Shown here: positions 47,659 to 62,706 of the stretch, one piece after another
How the letters are laid out: each line of letters begins with the position of its first letter
Numbering within the stretch: the first letter of the stretch is position 1
Made by a program: the position numbers and the translations under genes
Origin: Massalongia carnosa
Taxonomy: Eukaryota
DNA length: 64,000 bases
Reading direction: 5' to 3'
Assembly: GCA_965645245.1 (NCBI GenBank)
Contig: OZ287076.1
Location: forward strand, 1,178,001-1,242,000
Notes under the pieces: model-generated
Database searches by the model: none
Seen by the model: the letters and a program-made list of their open reading frames with translations, nothing else
Told to the model about the DNA's origin: nothing

Positions 47659-49957
47659 TTACTCCTCATCCTCACCTTCATCTCCATCGCGGAGCATTCC
47701 AGTCGCAGGATTGTACACAATACCCAAATCCTCAAGTTTTCCAATCTGCATCCTGTTTAATGGTACATATTCAAAGTTGATGGGTAGAAAAGGGCCGGCC
47801 CTGAGAGATAAAAATCAGTTCATGAACAGGATCATGGATTCAAGTTGAGGGAACCGCGACTCACTTCAGAAAATCAAACTTTATATTTCTGGCTTTGTCC
47901 TTCAAAGCGACCTGATCGCGGTACTCAAGTATCGAATCCTTGTCCATTTCTTTAATGAGTTTCCAGCTAGTACCATGAGCTTCGATTAGGTCTATCAGAG
48001 TTTCTGTCTCGCCATCAGTCCATGCTTTGCGAGTTTGAACCTTCTTAGGTAGCACTGCGTTGTTGCGTTTAGCAACGTCCTTAGCAAATTTGTAAGCTTC
48101 GAGCTGAGATGGCTCCGGCGTGCTATTCTCCTGGTAATTTCGCTCATTTTTATGCTGAGCGGTAGCATCTCTAAGCTTGTCCTTGAGGCTCTCGCCTTTC
48201 GCAGCGGAACGAACTTTCTTTCGTAGTGAAGGTTGATTTGCCACTGGATCGACGGCAGGGCGCTTTCTAGGAAATTTTTCGGTACGCCTCGAAGGAATAT
48301 CAATGACTCGACGGTCTTGCTCATATCCTTCATTAGAGCTAATGTCATCCATTACGTCAGGATTATCTCCGTCATCCACAGGATCCTTGGTAGGATAGCG
48401 CTGGCCTTTTGTACCTGGTTGTGTCATCTGCATGGAGTCTTGGCTATCGAATGCGACTCGTTGGGCATTGATCTGGGGATCGATGAATCGTGATTTCTTT
48501 GTGCCATGCCTGAATCCTTCTGGAACTTCTAGAGACTTCGAGGGTGGAGCTGGTTCTGCAACCTCAGCGAGGTTTTCTTTGTTGTTCTCGGCTTCAAGTT
48601 GGGCTTTTGCTTTCATTATGTTTTCTCCTCTGATCAACGCCGCTTCTTCACCACCGCTGAACAACCCCTCTTCATCTTCAAAAGGTTGATTTTGCCAGTC
48701 TTCAACCAGGTCTGTTCGGGGGGTGAGCTCCCGAACAACATTCATAAGTGCCTGGGCTGCTTCATGTTTCGACTCATCACGCATTTGAAGGCGGTCATTT
48801 CGTAATCTAGGAGGTGCTGTTGAGGGGATGACTGTCCCGTCAGTTTGGTGATTGGGAGTGAAAGCATGAACTATTGGATTTGATCTGGTTACATGAACCC
48901 TTCGCGACGCTCCGGATTTTGGGGAAAGTACTCCAGAGTGAAATTCGCCAGAAGCTTCGCGGTTCGCTTTCCTCCGTTTAAGGTGACTCACGGCGCCTTG
49001 CAAGGCCTTTGGTGAATTAAAGCTGAAGGCCAATTTCAGTCTATATTTTCGTAATTATAACACGAGCGACACAAACTGACGATCTCAACGGCATATACGT
49101 ACCTGACATTAGCATCGAGTATTTTATTCGCTATGGCAACTCCTTGCTTTGATATGTCGGTGGCGTCAACTGCAGCGAAGAGATGCTTAATAGGTGCTTT
49201 ATGGGCCCTGTCACTCTGTAGACTCTCTACGCTAACGTCTATATCATCTTCGATTTTCGCTACCGTTTCCTCGAGAGTTTTCTGGCTAGCTGGTTCCTTT
49301 GAATGCAAGTTCATTGACGGGTGTGCGGAGAAAGACGTTCTCGCCGTGGTTCCAGAAATTGCTGAGATCCCCTCGAAAGATTTGATTTCTTGTTGAACAT
49401 GCCGGGTTATAGACTTGCTAGGCTCGGTGATTAACTCCGTCTCATCGACATCATCTTGAGGCAGCTCGAGATAAAGTATACTAGTATCCTCTCTCACGGT
49501 GGAAAGATCTAAACTCATCAATCAAGGTCTCGTAATCGGCATTAAACAAAATTGCCCAGCTCTAGCAATAATCCCGATTCCTTAAGGTCTTCCAAAGCAC
49601 GCGCTCTACGACGAAAGCATACATGCAAAGGCAATGCGCGCGATGTGATGTAAGAATTTGTGAATTACCTTTCAATACCCTCGACTGATTGAATCCTCTC
49701 AATTTCCGGGCTTTTGAGGAATCGCGATTAATCGCAGCATTTTCAGTGATTGTAGTCTTTCCTGCATTCTTAGGACGACGCTTTGCGTCTTGCAGCGAAG
49801 CTTCGCTATCACTTATGCCACGGCTTGTACTTCGTATCGAGCGTGCAATTCGACGCGGAGGATTTTGTGGTGCATTGCTTCGATGTGTAAAAGGTTTGGG
49901 AGGGGGTTGAGGCGTTGTACGTCGAGTAGCAGATCGAGTTGACGAGCGATCTCCCAT
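47659..49957 (-). CDS. C-terminal Myb/SANT (telobox-like) domain protein
   Basis: Four exons; KAWTDGETETLIDLIEAHGTSWKLIKEMD..RDQVALKDKARNIKFDFLK|AGPFLPINFEYV, resembling the TRF/Tbf1 Myb LKDKWRN motif. Confidence 0.8.
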
Positions 49958-50549
49958 TGCGATGCAGAAGTTGTGCACACCCTTGACGTAGATGTTGCTC
50001 TTGTATAAGATTGTTGAAGACCGCTTATTTCGTGGTGAAGGCTTGCACGGGGGATAGAGAGTTGTTGATTTTTCCGAGGTACAGAGTATCTATCTAATCA
50101 TGTGATACCTTCCACAGCGTACGTGTTAGAACCCCTTTTCCATACTCTGCTCTATACACAGAACTCTGTACCCAATTAACTACTGGATACAGTACAGAGT
50201 ACCGCTTTACACATAAGCAGAGTACCTCGGTATAGAGTGGCTACGAGTATTGTACCTCTTTAGTACAGAGACCACTTAGCTTAGTGACGACGACAACGAA
50301 CTACCTACCGTGCCTATCTACTCGGCCTATGAATATCCTCTAGCAACCATTTTAAAACCTCTCCAGCCCCAACAATCCCTTCTTCCCAGGTTTCTTACAG
50401 ACTACCTACATCGACAAATTATCTTCCTAGAGTACATGTCAGATATCCGTTGCGGCCTCCCGGTCTCGAGTGCTGATACGCGCCAAAGGCGGCCCAAATA
50501 TTTTTATCTTGCTTGTTACCTAACTCGTTAAAAGCAAGCCATATTGATC

Positions 50550-52317
50550 ATGAGGTTACACCACCGACCATCACCATTGTTACTTTTGCTCCTACCATCC
50601 CTTCGTTTCACCTACGGCCTGAATGCTGAGCAAGTCTCGGACCTAGCTGAAGGTAGAGATGTAGGTCCCATCGGACCTGCCGCTGGGCCTTCCCCAAGCA
50701 TGCCATCCACCGTGAGCACAAAACCAAACATCGAACCAGGTCCAGGAACAAAAGATGCACCAGTTGATGGGAAAGACGGAAGACCACATGCGGGGCCCTT
50801 TGTAGAGACCAACGCTGAGCGAGGCCGGAAAAAAGCAAAAGAAAGCGGTGACGACGAACCTGCTCCCCCGAAACCAGCGCTGAAGGATTTGACGAAAGGC
50901 GCGGCGTACAAGGATGGATGGCAGATGCCCGAGACCAACAACGGCGTGATGGACGATCCGAATCGGACAGGACCTAAAGAGGGAACAAGGGGCACCGAGG
51001 GCGGGATATCAGAGAAGAACAGGGATAAAAAGACACAAGACGGCGACGTCGCGAGCTCGAAACCTGAGAAGAAACCCGACCCCCCGAAAGAGGCTCCTCC
51101 GTTGCCGAATAGCGAGGAAGAAATAGTGGGTCAAAGTGGCACAAAGGATGCCAGCAAGAAAGGCACGGAAGACGAAGAGAAGCCGAAAGAGTTGGGTGGC
51201 TTAGAGGTATGTTTATTCTGCTCTCCTAGATCACGACTGTGATCTAATTTCACTTGCTATAGAAACCTGAGGATCTCCCCGAAAAGCCTCATGATATCCC
51301 CCCTCCTCTCCCTCCAACCTCATCTAATGAGGATCCTCTCCAGATTAGCGAACCCCTCAAACCTTCGATGCCCTTGTTAGCTACAGCAACTAGCTCCTTG
51401 ATCCAACCCCTGCATTCCTTTCTTCTCTCCTTGACAATGATCGTATTTTCCGAGATTGGCGATAAAACCTTCCTAATCGCCGCACTTATGGCCATGAAAC
51501 ATCCACGCCTGCTCGTCTTCTCCGCCGCCTTCACTGCCCTCATCGCCATGACAATTCTTTCTGCAGTCCTCGGCCATGCTGTCCCTACCCTAATTCCAAA
51601 ACGCATCACTAATTTTCTCGCCGCTGTGCTCTTTCTCGTCTTCGGCGCTAAGATGCTGCGGGAAGGCTACTCCATCAGCCCTGCCCAAGGCGTATCGGAA
51701 GAAATGAAAGAAGTTGAGATGGAGCTTGAGGAGAAGGAGCAGCTAGCTCGCAAAAATGGCCGCAGACGGTCCTCGCTAACCCCTTACGTGCTGGAATCAG
51801 GACGTGTCAACCCCCGCAAAGCGCGCTCCGAATCCCGTCTTCCTGCGCCTCCACAGTCACCACCGTCATCCTCGGGCTCCCGCAGTCCTAGCCCTAACCG
51901 TGGATCGTCGGTCAAGAACGCGTTGTCGGGTGTCAATAATCTCTTCTCGCTGTTGCTAAGTCCCGCTTGGGTTCAAACTTTCGTCATGACTTTCCTGGGC
52001 GAATGGGGCGATCGAAGTCAGATCGCTACGATCGCGATGGCCGCGGGACAGGATTACTGGTGGGTTACCGGCGGTGCTGTTAGCGGGCACGCGCTCTGCA
52101 CTGCTGCTGCGGTGATTGGTGGTCGAGCGATCGCAGGCAAGGTTAGCTTGAGAGTTGGTAAGTCGATCAATTTCCATAACCTGAGGCTTTACGGATGTCT
52201 GCATGCACTGAGGCGGAGCCGCTGCTTACCCTTTGTGTTCTAGTCACGCTTGGAGGCGGATTCGCCTTCCTTGCATTCGGGCTCATCTATATTGTCGAAG
52301 CCATGTACACCGCCTAA
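50550..52317 (+). CDS. GDT1: GDT1/TMEM165 (UPF0016) Ca2+/Mn2+:H+ antiporter
   Basis: Signal peptide and two E-x-G-D-[KR]-[TS] motifs (EIGDKTF, EWGDRSQ). Introns at ~51208-51261 and ~52158-52243. Confidence 0.95.
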
Positions 52318-53186
52318 TGGCATGCTCTCTTCTCTTTACGGTTTCGTTTCTTTTCCCTCTTGTCGTTGATAGAAACGAAGGTGCTCGTAAGGGAGCTGGC
52401 TGTTTGAAGAGGCGTACCTTTTTCCCAAGTTTAGCTAGTTGGTTTCGAAACCAAAGTATGATCTGAAGGTGAAGTTTTGTATCGGAAGGGCGTAGTGAGG
52501 ATGAGCACGTCCAGCCGATCCCTCGGGTCAGCGAGAGGCTTGGAATATGGGATTTCGAAAGAGCAAGGGGACGGGTCTGGATTTTGGGTCTGGGCTGCTA
52601 CTACGCTAGGGTTGAGAGCGAGGGCTTGAGAGGGGATGGGGGGGTTTTTTTACGGGTATCTATAATTCCAATGAGAATTCCTTGTCCTATGATTGCTGCT
52701 ATTCATATGGAATCTCTTAAATCTCATCCTATTCTACGAATCCTACCCTTTCCATAAGGTTTTTTTATAAATTCTCTTTATGAGTGCGGTCAAGAGTTGG
52801 GAGGAAGGATGGAAGAAAAAGATGCCAGGATGCAAGGAACGGGTGAGTTGAGATGAAGTAGGATAAGGTGAATTTACTTGAGAGGAGGGAGGGAGGGAGA
52901 GGAAAAGGGTTATCTTTTGAGGGGCAGGGGGGGGGTGGGCCGGAATGGAGGGATTTGTGTTGATGGGGCGAAAACAGGATAAGTTAGATGTGAAATAGAA
53001 GCGGGAGGGAGTAAGGGGAAAGTAGCAAGGTTGCATAGAATTGGATTTTTCTTTGTTTCTGATGGAATCGGGAACGGTATTTGGATAACACTGGAAGGTT
53101 TGGTTGGAGAGGGAAGGAAAGGAGATTGTTGACAGGGGAAGAAGTCATTGATGAATATGTTTGGAGAATATGGCTAGGTTCGTTGT

Positions 53187-53217
53187 ATGGTGTGGTGTGG
53201 TGTGGTGTGGCGTGGTG
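53187..53217. repeat. (TGTGG)n microsatellite
   Basis: About five to six pentamer units downstream of rpl37. Confidence 0.8.
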
Positions 53218-53446
53218 GCAGTAGACAATATGCGGTAGCCTTCCCGTGCCACCTTGAATAGAAATGATCATCATACTAGCACACGAGCAAGAGGCTGAAG
53301 AAGAGGACTTGGTAGGGTCATGGATTCTCCGACCAGATATGCAAAGCACATTGGTCCCCCCCAACCTGCTCCCTGTCCTTTTCCCTTACACTGTAAACCC
53401 TTCTATCCTCTTCATACCTTCCCAAGCTCCTTTCAGCTCATCGCAC

Positions 53447-54068
<622 letters not shown>

Positions 54069-54533
54069 CGTGATTCTGGGTGTCTCTTGACTGTCACAGG
54101 ACCGTTAACTCAACCTGCCATATATGAAGCCTTGGAAGAGGTAGATAATCCATACCTCTTGCGCTGTAGATGGGGTTAAAATGGGTTTGTCGCAACCGCG
54201 CTCTGCGAGTTGGTTGTTAGTGGTAAAGGATTTGTTCGATATTCGCTTAACGCTTTGTGGAGCTGGCAGGGGTCTAACGTTAAGCCCTGAGCGCTAGTTG
54301 GATCAATTCCAAGTATTGTAGAGTCAAGACAATAAGTCACCTAAACACCGAAGATTTGCAAAAAAATTGCATCGACGTATCCGAAAGCGCATATAAGATT
54401 CATCTTGGGCTTTGACAAATACTTTTCATCAAGCCAAGAATCTCCGCCGATATTTCTTGCCCAACCAGCTCCGCATCCCCTTCCGGCATTTGTCCCAGCG
54501 CCTCCCAGCACCATCCATCACTTCTATCGTCCT

Positions 54534-55528
54534 TTAACAACCTCTCTCAAAAACCCTCACTCCTCCATCCCCGCCCACAAAATACAACACCTCCCTTTCC
54601 TCTACCACATGCCCTTCTTCCTCTTCTCCGCCTTTTCCGATCCTTAAAACCCCACTAACATCCCTTGCCGACCCCGTTTCCAAGCCTCTTACCCCTAAAA
54701 TCACCCGTGCCTGGTGTGCAATCGCCATCACGAAGGTGGCGTGATTGATTTCCAGCGGCGTGGTCCTGGCTTGCATGAGAGGGAAGTCCGCTGCTGCGGT
54801 GATGATGGTAGCGTCGGCGTGCTATTATGGATCGGCCGAAGGGTTGTCAGCTTATCTAGTTTCCATGAACTGTAGATTGCGTCCTGAGTGTAGTATTTCA
54901 ACTTCCACGAGAAAAGAAGGGGCATCATACCTCCCGAATCTCCCCGACCATGTCCATCATCTCCGAAACTGTAGCCCCCTTCGCTGCAAGTAAAAAATCG
55001 ATCCCGTCTAGTATAACCAGTATTCTCAGTCTTCCTCCAGCTCCTAATCCCACCCTCTGTGCCTTCACGGCTTGTAATATCCCCTCTTGAACCTCCCTTG
55101 CCCCTCCGCCCCTGAGTCTGGCTCCCAACCCATCCACGAACCTTAGCTTCTCTCCTCTCGAGAGATCGATACCCTAGATTCAAGGTTAAATATCAGTCTC
55201 TACTATGGAACCTTGTTTCCTACCGTGAAGCCATCTTATAAAGCCTAGCTTTCGAGGAAGTAGTTTGAAAACTCACTAGCCGCATTTCCCCTTCTCTCCA
55301 CAGCTCCCATCCTCTTAGCCAGCTAACCAACACAACCCTCGCCTCCTCGCCCGCTACTTCTCCTTCATCCTTCAACCCTCTATCTTTCAATGCGGCATAC
55401 AAGAATCTGAGAACAAGCCAGTTGGTTGAAGCGGCAAGGACGGACGTTATGAGAGTCAAGGACCCCTGCGGAGGGAGCGATGAGAGGAGGGGGACTAGAA
55501 GGGGAGGGATTAATGGTTGGGATGGCAT
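54534..55528 (-). CDS. ELP6: Elongator complex subunit 6
   Basis: SLTLITSVLAASTNWLVLRFL, VVLVSWLR, FVDGL, LVILDGIDFLLAA, AHQARVILGVRGLETGSARDVSGVLRI and LYFVGGDGGVRVFERG, across two introns. Confidence 0.9.
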
Positions 55529-56005
55529 AATATGAGCAAATAGTCAGTCGTAAAATTTCATTCTTTCTAACTAGAGGGGCAATTGTGGGTAACCGTCTGT
55601 TGCATTCATGTTTTTCCTGTCTCCATTGTAGACCCTTCTCGCCACCCCTACACAATCAGCTACTTTTCCACCACCAATTCTACATTTGGTATTCAAAGAG
55701 TATTCATTTTGATGTAGCCGAAGTGCTTGATAGACAAGTGACTGGATCTAGTCGATGCTACCTCAGATGCTATGATCTGAAAAAGGAATACATAACCGAA
55801 TCCCTCAATGGAGGCCATCGAGCCCTCGCTAATGCAGACAAGCCGCCTCCACTTTGGAATCGGGTTTGACACCGAAACTTGTAAAGGACCAGGCCTGGCG
55901 GAAATCGCTTCATGCAGAAAGTGCACATGGCTGTAGCAATGGTCCGTGTAGTCGTTAACCCGTAATCTCATTGCCATCGTGACTTATATATTGAAAGGGG
56001 TCCTA

Positions 56006-59000
56006 TTAATCTTTGGTGAAATCAAGCAGTTGATCAAGTAACGTTGAGGTTGTGTCAAGCTCGACGATCTCCTCGTCTGCCCTGGGTTCACACCCCTCCT
56101 CTGCGCCTTCCGGTTCCTTCTTGTTTGTCGCGTTGCCCGAACCCATGGCCCCCAACTCCTCTGTGTCCCATTCGTCCTTATTTCCCTTCTTGAATAAAGA
56201 CTTGTACTCTTCTTTTGGCGCGGTGAATTTTGTTTCAGCTCCTTTACCCAGAGAGAATGTGCCGCCGATCTTTCTCATCTTATTGGATTCATTGGGGCAT
56301 TCACCGGTTCTACCTAACAAACTTTCCTTATACGCTGGCACAAACACATTTTCAGTCAATTCAAGTGACTTAGACAAGAGTAATTCATGATTTTTCGTGG
56401 AGAATGTGCTCTCCTCCACGGGCCTCTGGCGACTACCAAGCAAGTCCAACCGGAATTGAGAGCTGGTAGGCGTGTCGTCATCTATGGACTCACTGCTAGA
56501 AGCGCGATAGCAACGGTCCGTCTTGACATTTTCGTTTGCAGCCGGTTTTAAATATAATTTTAAAGAAGCATCCATTAGGCTATCTGAATTGAATTTCGGA
56601 TGGCCTGCCCTCATCGGTCCATTGCTCTCAAAGCCCACAAGATCTCTAGCGAAATTACCGAAAAGCATATCATCGACAGAAACACCTGTCGCTGTGCTTG
56701 CAAAGTTGGTGGAGTCGGAATTCGCCTTGATTTCTGAGGCAGTTCTTGGCTCATCGGGTTCGTAATCGATAAGATTTTCAAAAAGTTCCAGAACTTCCCC
56801 ACGATGGGTGACTCCTTCGGCAGTCTCTAGCACGTCCTCGTCTTCCAACGAAGCAGGGTCAATGTGGTTCTTCTTGGACAAATTTCGCTTTGGATCCCGG
56901 TGGATGAACGCGCCGGCATTCCGCTGCGGCGTTTGCCATAAATCCTTCGACCCCGTCGCAATTCTTCCTAAAACTCCTTGGAAAAGCCAAGGGAAGCTCA
57001 TTAATGGCATATTTGATGGGATCATTTTTCTCACCCGTGTTTCCTGTCCGCCTACAATTTTCACCTGATGGCATTCGCTCACTGCTTGAGCCATCTCTTC
57101 AAAGGTAACCTGGTACATGGCAGCAACAAATGGTCCAATCTGTTGAAACTCTTTACCACCCGCTTTCTTGTAACATACTTCGCGAAATTGATGTTTTAAC
57201 GTGTTTGAGAGCTCCCCGATGACTTCGTGAAACTTATAGTCATTAGAATCCCCTGCGTGATGCAGAACGAAGGTAGACCATACTTCGAACTCAGTTCGGA
57301 TTTCGTGTTGTGCCATAATTCGATGCATTGCTGCGTCGTACTCTATTTTAAGGTCTCGCGCCTCCTCTAGAAGATCTTCCTCGAGGTTGTACGCGTTTAG
57401 AATACGCTTGTCAAATGGCTGGCCAAAGGCAGGCACAAAATCAACTCGCTCAACCTGATCATAAAGCTTTCCAAGTACTTTCTCAGAAATATAGATTTGC
57501 TCTTTTGGCTTGAACCTTTTCTCCATGAAGTGAGGCCATTTACGTGGGCTTAACTCGCGTGGCATAATAGCTGGTTCGCCTGTCTTAACATAATCAACCG
57601 CCATTGAGTGAAGTGCAGCAAGTTTGAGACCTGAAAAGTTCATTAGCTGCCTTTGGAAAATGGAAATGCTATTAGCTTACACTTTTCGTTCCTCACGCCA
57701 TCCTCTGACCAATCCGCAAGCGCAAGGTGGGCGTGAGCTATTGTCGGCAACGTATCGTTTTTCATATACGTGACGAAGAAAGACGTGATATCGGTGGTTG
57801 TAACATCTCGGTCTAACTCTAATGGCTGTGGTGGTTTATAATTCATGGGTTGGGCGTTCCAGTCTCGGGGCAGAAGTTCTTTATCCCACATAACTAGGTA
57901 ATCGTCTCCGTCAAGGTCTCCGCCAGAACACATGCTGGCAATGTCTCTATCTCCGGTCTGAGGGAAGACGATTACGTCTTTTAGGTGATGAAGCGCAGGA
58001 ACGTCAACTCCCCGGACGATTCGGAGGTCTCCGGGATGCAAAGACGGATTTCGTCCTAAGATCATAGGACCTTGGATCACGATAGGTTTATCGTCAGGCC
58101 CTTTAGATAGCTGCACGAAAATCTCAGGCAAGGACTCCTCTCTTTCAAAAGTCGAAGGCGAGTCTTTGGATTCAGGTGTTGAATCAAAGTGCCCTTTCAA
58201 GGTCCCTGTTTCGTCAACGCAACCCAGCAACAAAGCGCCTTTACTTATTGTAATCCTCGCCTTTTCCTTCAAATACTTGATAGACCAGGCTCTCCAGAGT
58301 TGGAGTAATGATGTCACAAATGGCTCTCGCGCCTTCTGAAACCCATCTAAAATCATGCCAGCAACTGTCAAAGTCATCTGATTGGCATCAATATCCTTTT
58401 GGAGTAACGCTAAAGCCACTTTTTCATCTGTCATGGCTTTCTCAAGGTTCGACAACTGTAATTTTAACTTGCTCATGAATGTCTCATCTGGAACACCTAG
58501 GGCAGAGAGCACTAATATTAATTGTCGATTGAGATTTGCAACAGCAAATTGAGACCAGCGAATGATTTCCAGACCTTCGTGGCTAGCTGGAAACTTATAC
58601 TGGCTTGGACGAATGTGAATTTCTCTCCTCTTAGCGTCTGGGGAAACAGCAAGAACACCCTTACAGCCCCCAAGGCGGAACTGAAATACCGATGGTGGCC
58701 CGCTAGCATATTGTGTGATGCCAAGCTCAGACGCAGCGAGCTGAGCAAGGAATGTAGAGATTTTGCCTACACCATCGGTGAAGCAGAAGCCGTTGCGCTC
58801 AATATCCAGAATTTCTACTACAGTAGCTTTGGCGCCACTGATTGCTCGGGTTGTCGAAAAGCACTGGCCTAAACGCGCTGCATGCTTCGCAACCACTTTG
58901 ATTTCTTTAAAACTACCCATCCACCTTCGTATACTCTGGGCTGAAAAATGTGGTAATGGGGCGATGAAGTATGCGCCATGTTCCCGAAACTGGGAGTTTC

Positions 59001-61518
59001 CAAAAGCTAGAAACTTATATTCTCGATCACCGATAACGATTCCGTTGACCATAGTACGGTAGATGCGAGTAAAGACCTCATTCATGGTGTCCTTGTGTGT
59101 AGGATTGATTCGGCCCTAATAATCAGCGTCTCTCATAATAGCGCTATAACAAGACTTACTTCTAATTTCTCATCGGTAAAGCGGACTCGAAGAAATCGGT
59201 CAGCATGTTCGGAATACTGGCGAATGACTCGATTAGAAGTCTCGACTGTGGGGGTGTTGTAGTAAACGGTGCTTGGTGTTACTGTTGCTGAACGAGTATA
59301 GACGCAGTAATACGGAATCTTGGGCCTGGAGTCAAATCCTCTTATAATGTTCATCTTAAATATCTCCATAGGATCATATATGCGTTTTTTCTGATTCGCA
59401 ACGTACTCGAGGACATCTTGCGCTTTAGTTGCATTCATATTGATCAACTTGTTAACGAAGTCTTTCGTCATATTGTGTTCGTTCAAGCAACCTTGTGAGA
59501 TGCAAACTTCAAGCTGGTATCGGACAGGAAACGCCAGAGGTGGTACAACATCCTCGATCATTAGCTCATCTAAAGCATTCTTGGGCTTTGCGCCTTTGAG
59601 GACAGGCTTGTCAATATATTCCCAAACTGCTGGCTCTCGCTCCGTTATAAGCTTGAAATCGGAAAAGGGCTTAATTTCAACGTTATGGTCACGGAAAGCA
59701 TCAGACATGAGATTGAATCGCGGCCTATCGTTTTTGAGCATATCAAAACAAAAGCGATAAGTTGTCCAACGGCCTATTCAAGGTTAGGTTAAGGAATACA
59801 TCCCATTTCAGGTTCACTCACCGATGTCAATGATTGCTTGTGTTTTCTTGAGCGTCAAAGCAGAGGACTTGAGATTGCTGGGGGCGTAAACGATTTGGGT
59901 CTGACGATACCAAGCGTCGTTCTGATTCCAGTATCTGCTTTTCTCTTCGTGTGTGTTGGCTTCATCTAACTTTCTGAAGAATTTAGGTGGTGTCTCCATT
60001 GAAATGACGAGCCCTATCTCGTTTTGATGATCCTGGACCTGATGGATCACCTGTACCTGGGAGAATGGTATGCAAAACCGGAGAGTCTCTGTCCTGTTGT
60101 ACTTCCCTAACTGTGATATGTGTGCTTCCCGAAGTGCAGTCCGAGGGTCACTTATATTGATTTGAAACTCTATTACCACTTCTCTATGATGCATATTTTG
60201 GCGGAATTGAATCTCTGCCTGAGGCGTTGGCACTGCTCGGTACATACTCATCATTGTTGTCTGATCATACATAAAGCCGAAGTCCACGGACTCCGCTTTC
60301 ATCAGCTAGGAAAACGTCAGTGTATACAGATCATATTGTACTGAACACCAATACTAACCATAATTTCGGGGTACTTCAGTTGAGGATTGACGGGGCTGGG
60401 AACCAAGAAAGTACGTCGGGGTTGTAGCAACTCCAATCGAACAAACCTTGTGCCCTCGCCTTCGACAGTGATAGGATACTGATCTACTTGCCAGAATGAT
60501 TTCATTGGAGGTGGGCTATCGTCAAGGATCAGCAGAGTCATCTTGGTTAAACTAATGCCCCACATAAGCGCATACCTAAATCGAATAACTCCTCTTCCGT
60601 CTCGAGTGCCCTTACTATCTTCAAAAAGCTCAATAGAAACAATAGATCCTTCTTTGCTAAAGCCCTTCCATATGTCACGTGTTGAAATGTTTGCTGTTAG
60701 ACCAAACAGCCTAATATTCAGTTCATTCCACGTGGTCCAGTCATCTTGTCGTCGAGCTACGGCGCCATTCTGTTGAGATGCGGCCCAAAGCTCGCGAGGT
60801 GAAGCGCGTGGCAGAGCATTGAACGGTCTGCCTGGCGAAGAGGTCGGATTTCGCACATTGGCCATGCCTTTGTTTGACTGAGGTCGTTGCTGAGACGGTC
60901 CCGGGCGAGAAGCCCGTACCGCAGGACTTTGGGGGAGTTTTTGTGTTGACATAACGTTTTTGGTTTGCGTACCTATGTCTGTCAGTTATTGAACCCACTT
61001 AACCAAATTCATGTAAGATGAAATGAGGAAGGATTTGATTAGTAGTGATCTTACTTGAATGAAACGTACACTGATATTTAATTTTTCTATTTTCCACTTC
61101 GTATCTATTCCTGTCTGCTTTCATACGAGCATTCCTAGGATCACCACGTCCGCGGGTACCACGAGTAAGTGGTGACCTAGTCAACTTCTTTAACGGCTGA
61201 TTAATAGGTCTTGTGGCTGCATCGCTGAGATTGGGGGTTATGATGACAGAGGGTTGATGTTGTTGTGAAGAATAAAGTGGAGGAGATGGTGAACATGCAG
61301 GTGAATTATCAGAGGTAACAAGCTTCCGCTGTGTGGCAACTTCCGCATTAGCGCCTTCTTATGAGCTATCAATACGGCTGCATATGGGGCAGTCGCAATT
61401 GACAGATCCCACGTTCGCAATAATTTCCGATCTTAGCAGTACTTACAAGAAGATCGCCTTGCTGATATCCCACTCTGGCGACATTGCTATTATCGACTTG
61501 AGAAGTAGCTGGAGCCAT
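56006..61518 (-). CDS. sad-1: RNA-dependent RNA polymerase, SAD-1-like
   Basis: QFRLGGCKGVL, RNPSLHPGDLR, catalytic CSGGDLDGDDY, LHSMAVDYVKTG, WPHFMEK and FLAFGNSQFREHGAYF, plus an N-terminal RRM-like segment. Two extra 5' exons (61518-61447, 61328-61070) splice in frame to the ORF at 60952. RdRP is near certain; SAD-1 orthology is inferred. Confidence 0.88.
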
Positions 61519-62706
61519 CTTCAAAGGAACCGAGCGATATCACAAGAAGAAGATAGCGATAGAGATTGCTCGAAGGGCTATAAAGTATTAAGCGTAGAGT
61601 CAGCGTCAATGAAACGGATGAGAACGTTAGGAGCAGGGAATAAGGCGTTCGTGGTGAACCCGACAAAAATTGAAAATTCGAACCTATTAATGTTCCAGAG
61701 CCGCCATTGTTGAAGGCTTGGATGAAAGGCATATATATACTCAACTAGATAGAGCGAACCTCGAGCTTACCAGGATGAAGACGATTTGAACCTTGGAGTA
61801 TCCAGTGTGTTTAATGACAGCCATCAGAAGCAAAGCAATGAGAGTTGTGTAGGGAGAGACTCAAAGTCTCAAGATGCGTCTTTGTTCTGCGATAAGTAGC
61901 CAGTACGCCGTAGAGGTGGCAAATTAGGCATCTAAAAGTGATATAGATAAAGGAAATATGTTGAACATTTTGAAGACGGAAACGTCCGTCTAATCAACCT
62001 TGGAAGATACACGCTGATGAAGTAGGCCACAATACCAAGCGTTACGCTTGAAGTGATGCCCGTGAATGACTGCAGATCTAATGAAGCTGCTAGAGACGTG
62101 TTATATCAAGGAAGAAACATGCTTTTCACTCGTTTTCCAGAAGACGAATGCACACCAACGTTACTATGACACTCTTATCATATCAAATTGAAATAAAATA
62201 TTAGTAATTGTATGCCGATTGTAAACGATCATGTTGAAGAACTGTAGCTTGCCGATGTGCATTTTCAGGTATCCAAAGGCTGGAAGGTTGTTACATTTCA
62301 TCACAACTGGAGACCTACTGAACTCAAAGGTTTTCTCTTTATGTAACCACTCGGATAGCTTGCTAGTTTAGAGTCATGCGTAGGCCTACCTATCAATAAG
62401 AACAGATTTCCCCTTATATCCTTGCTGGGAGCGTCTCCGCTAAGGTCCATCTGGAGTTCTGCAAAATTCTAACCTCTCCGAGGCAATCTCCTGGCTACTC
62501 GAAAAGCATTTGTACATGTTTTGCCGCGAGCTTTTAACTATCAGAGTAAGTGAATCGAAGCATCAGCTCGGAATCCAATAAATTGATCACCAGAAGATTC
62601 CTACCTAGCGTGAATATCCATTCACAGCCCTTTCTTTGTCAACATCCAACTTTCATCTAATATAGCCGACTCAGACCAAAACGCCTAGACGGTCATCTTC
62701 ACCAAT

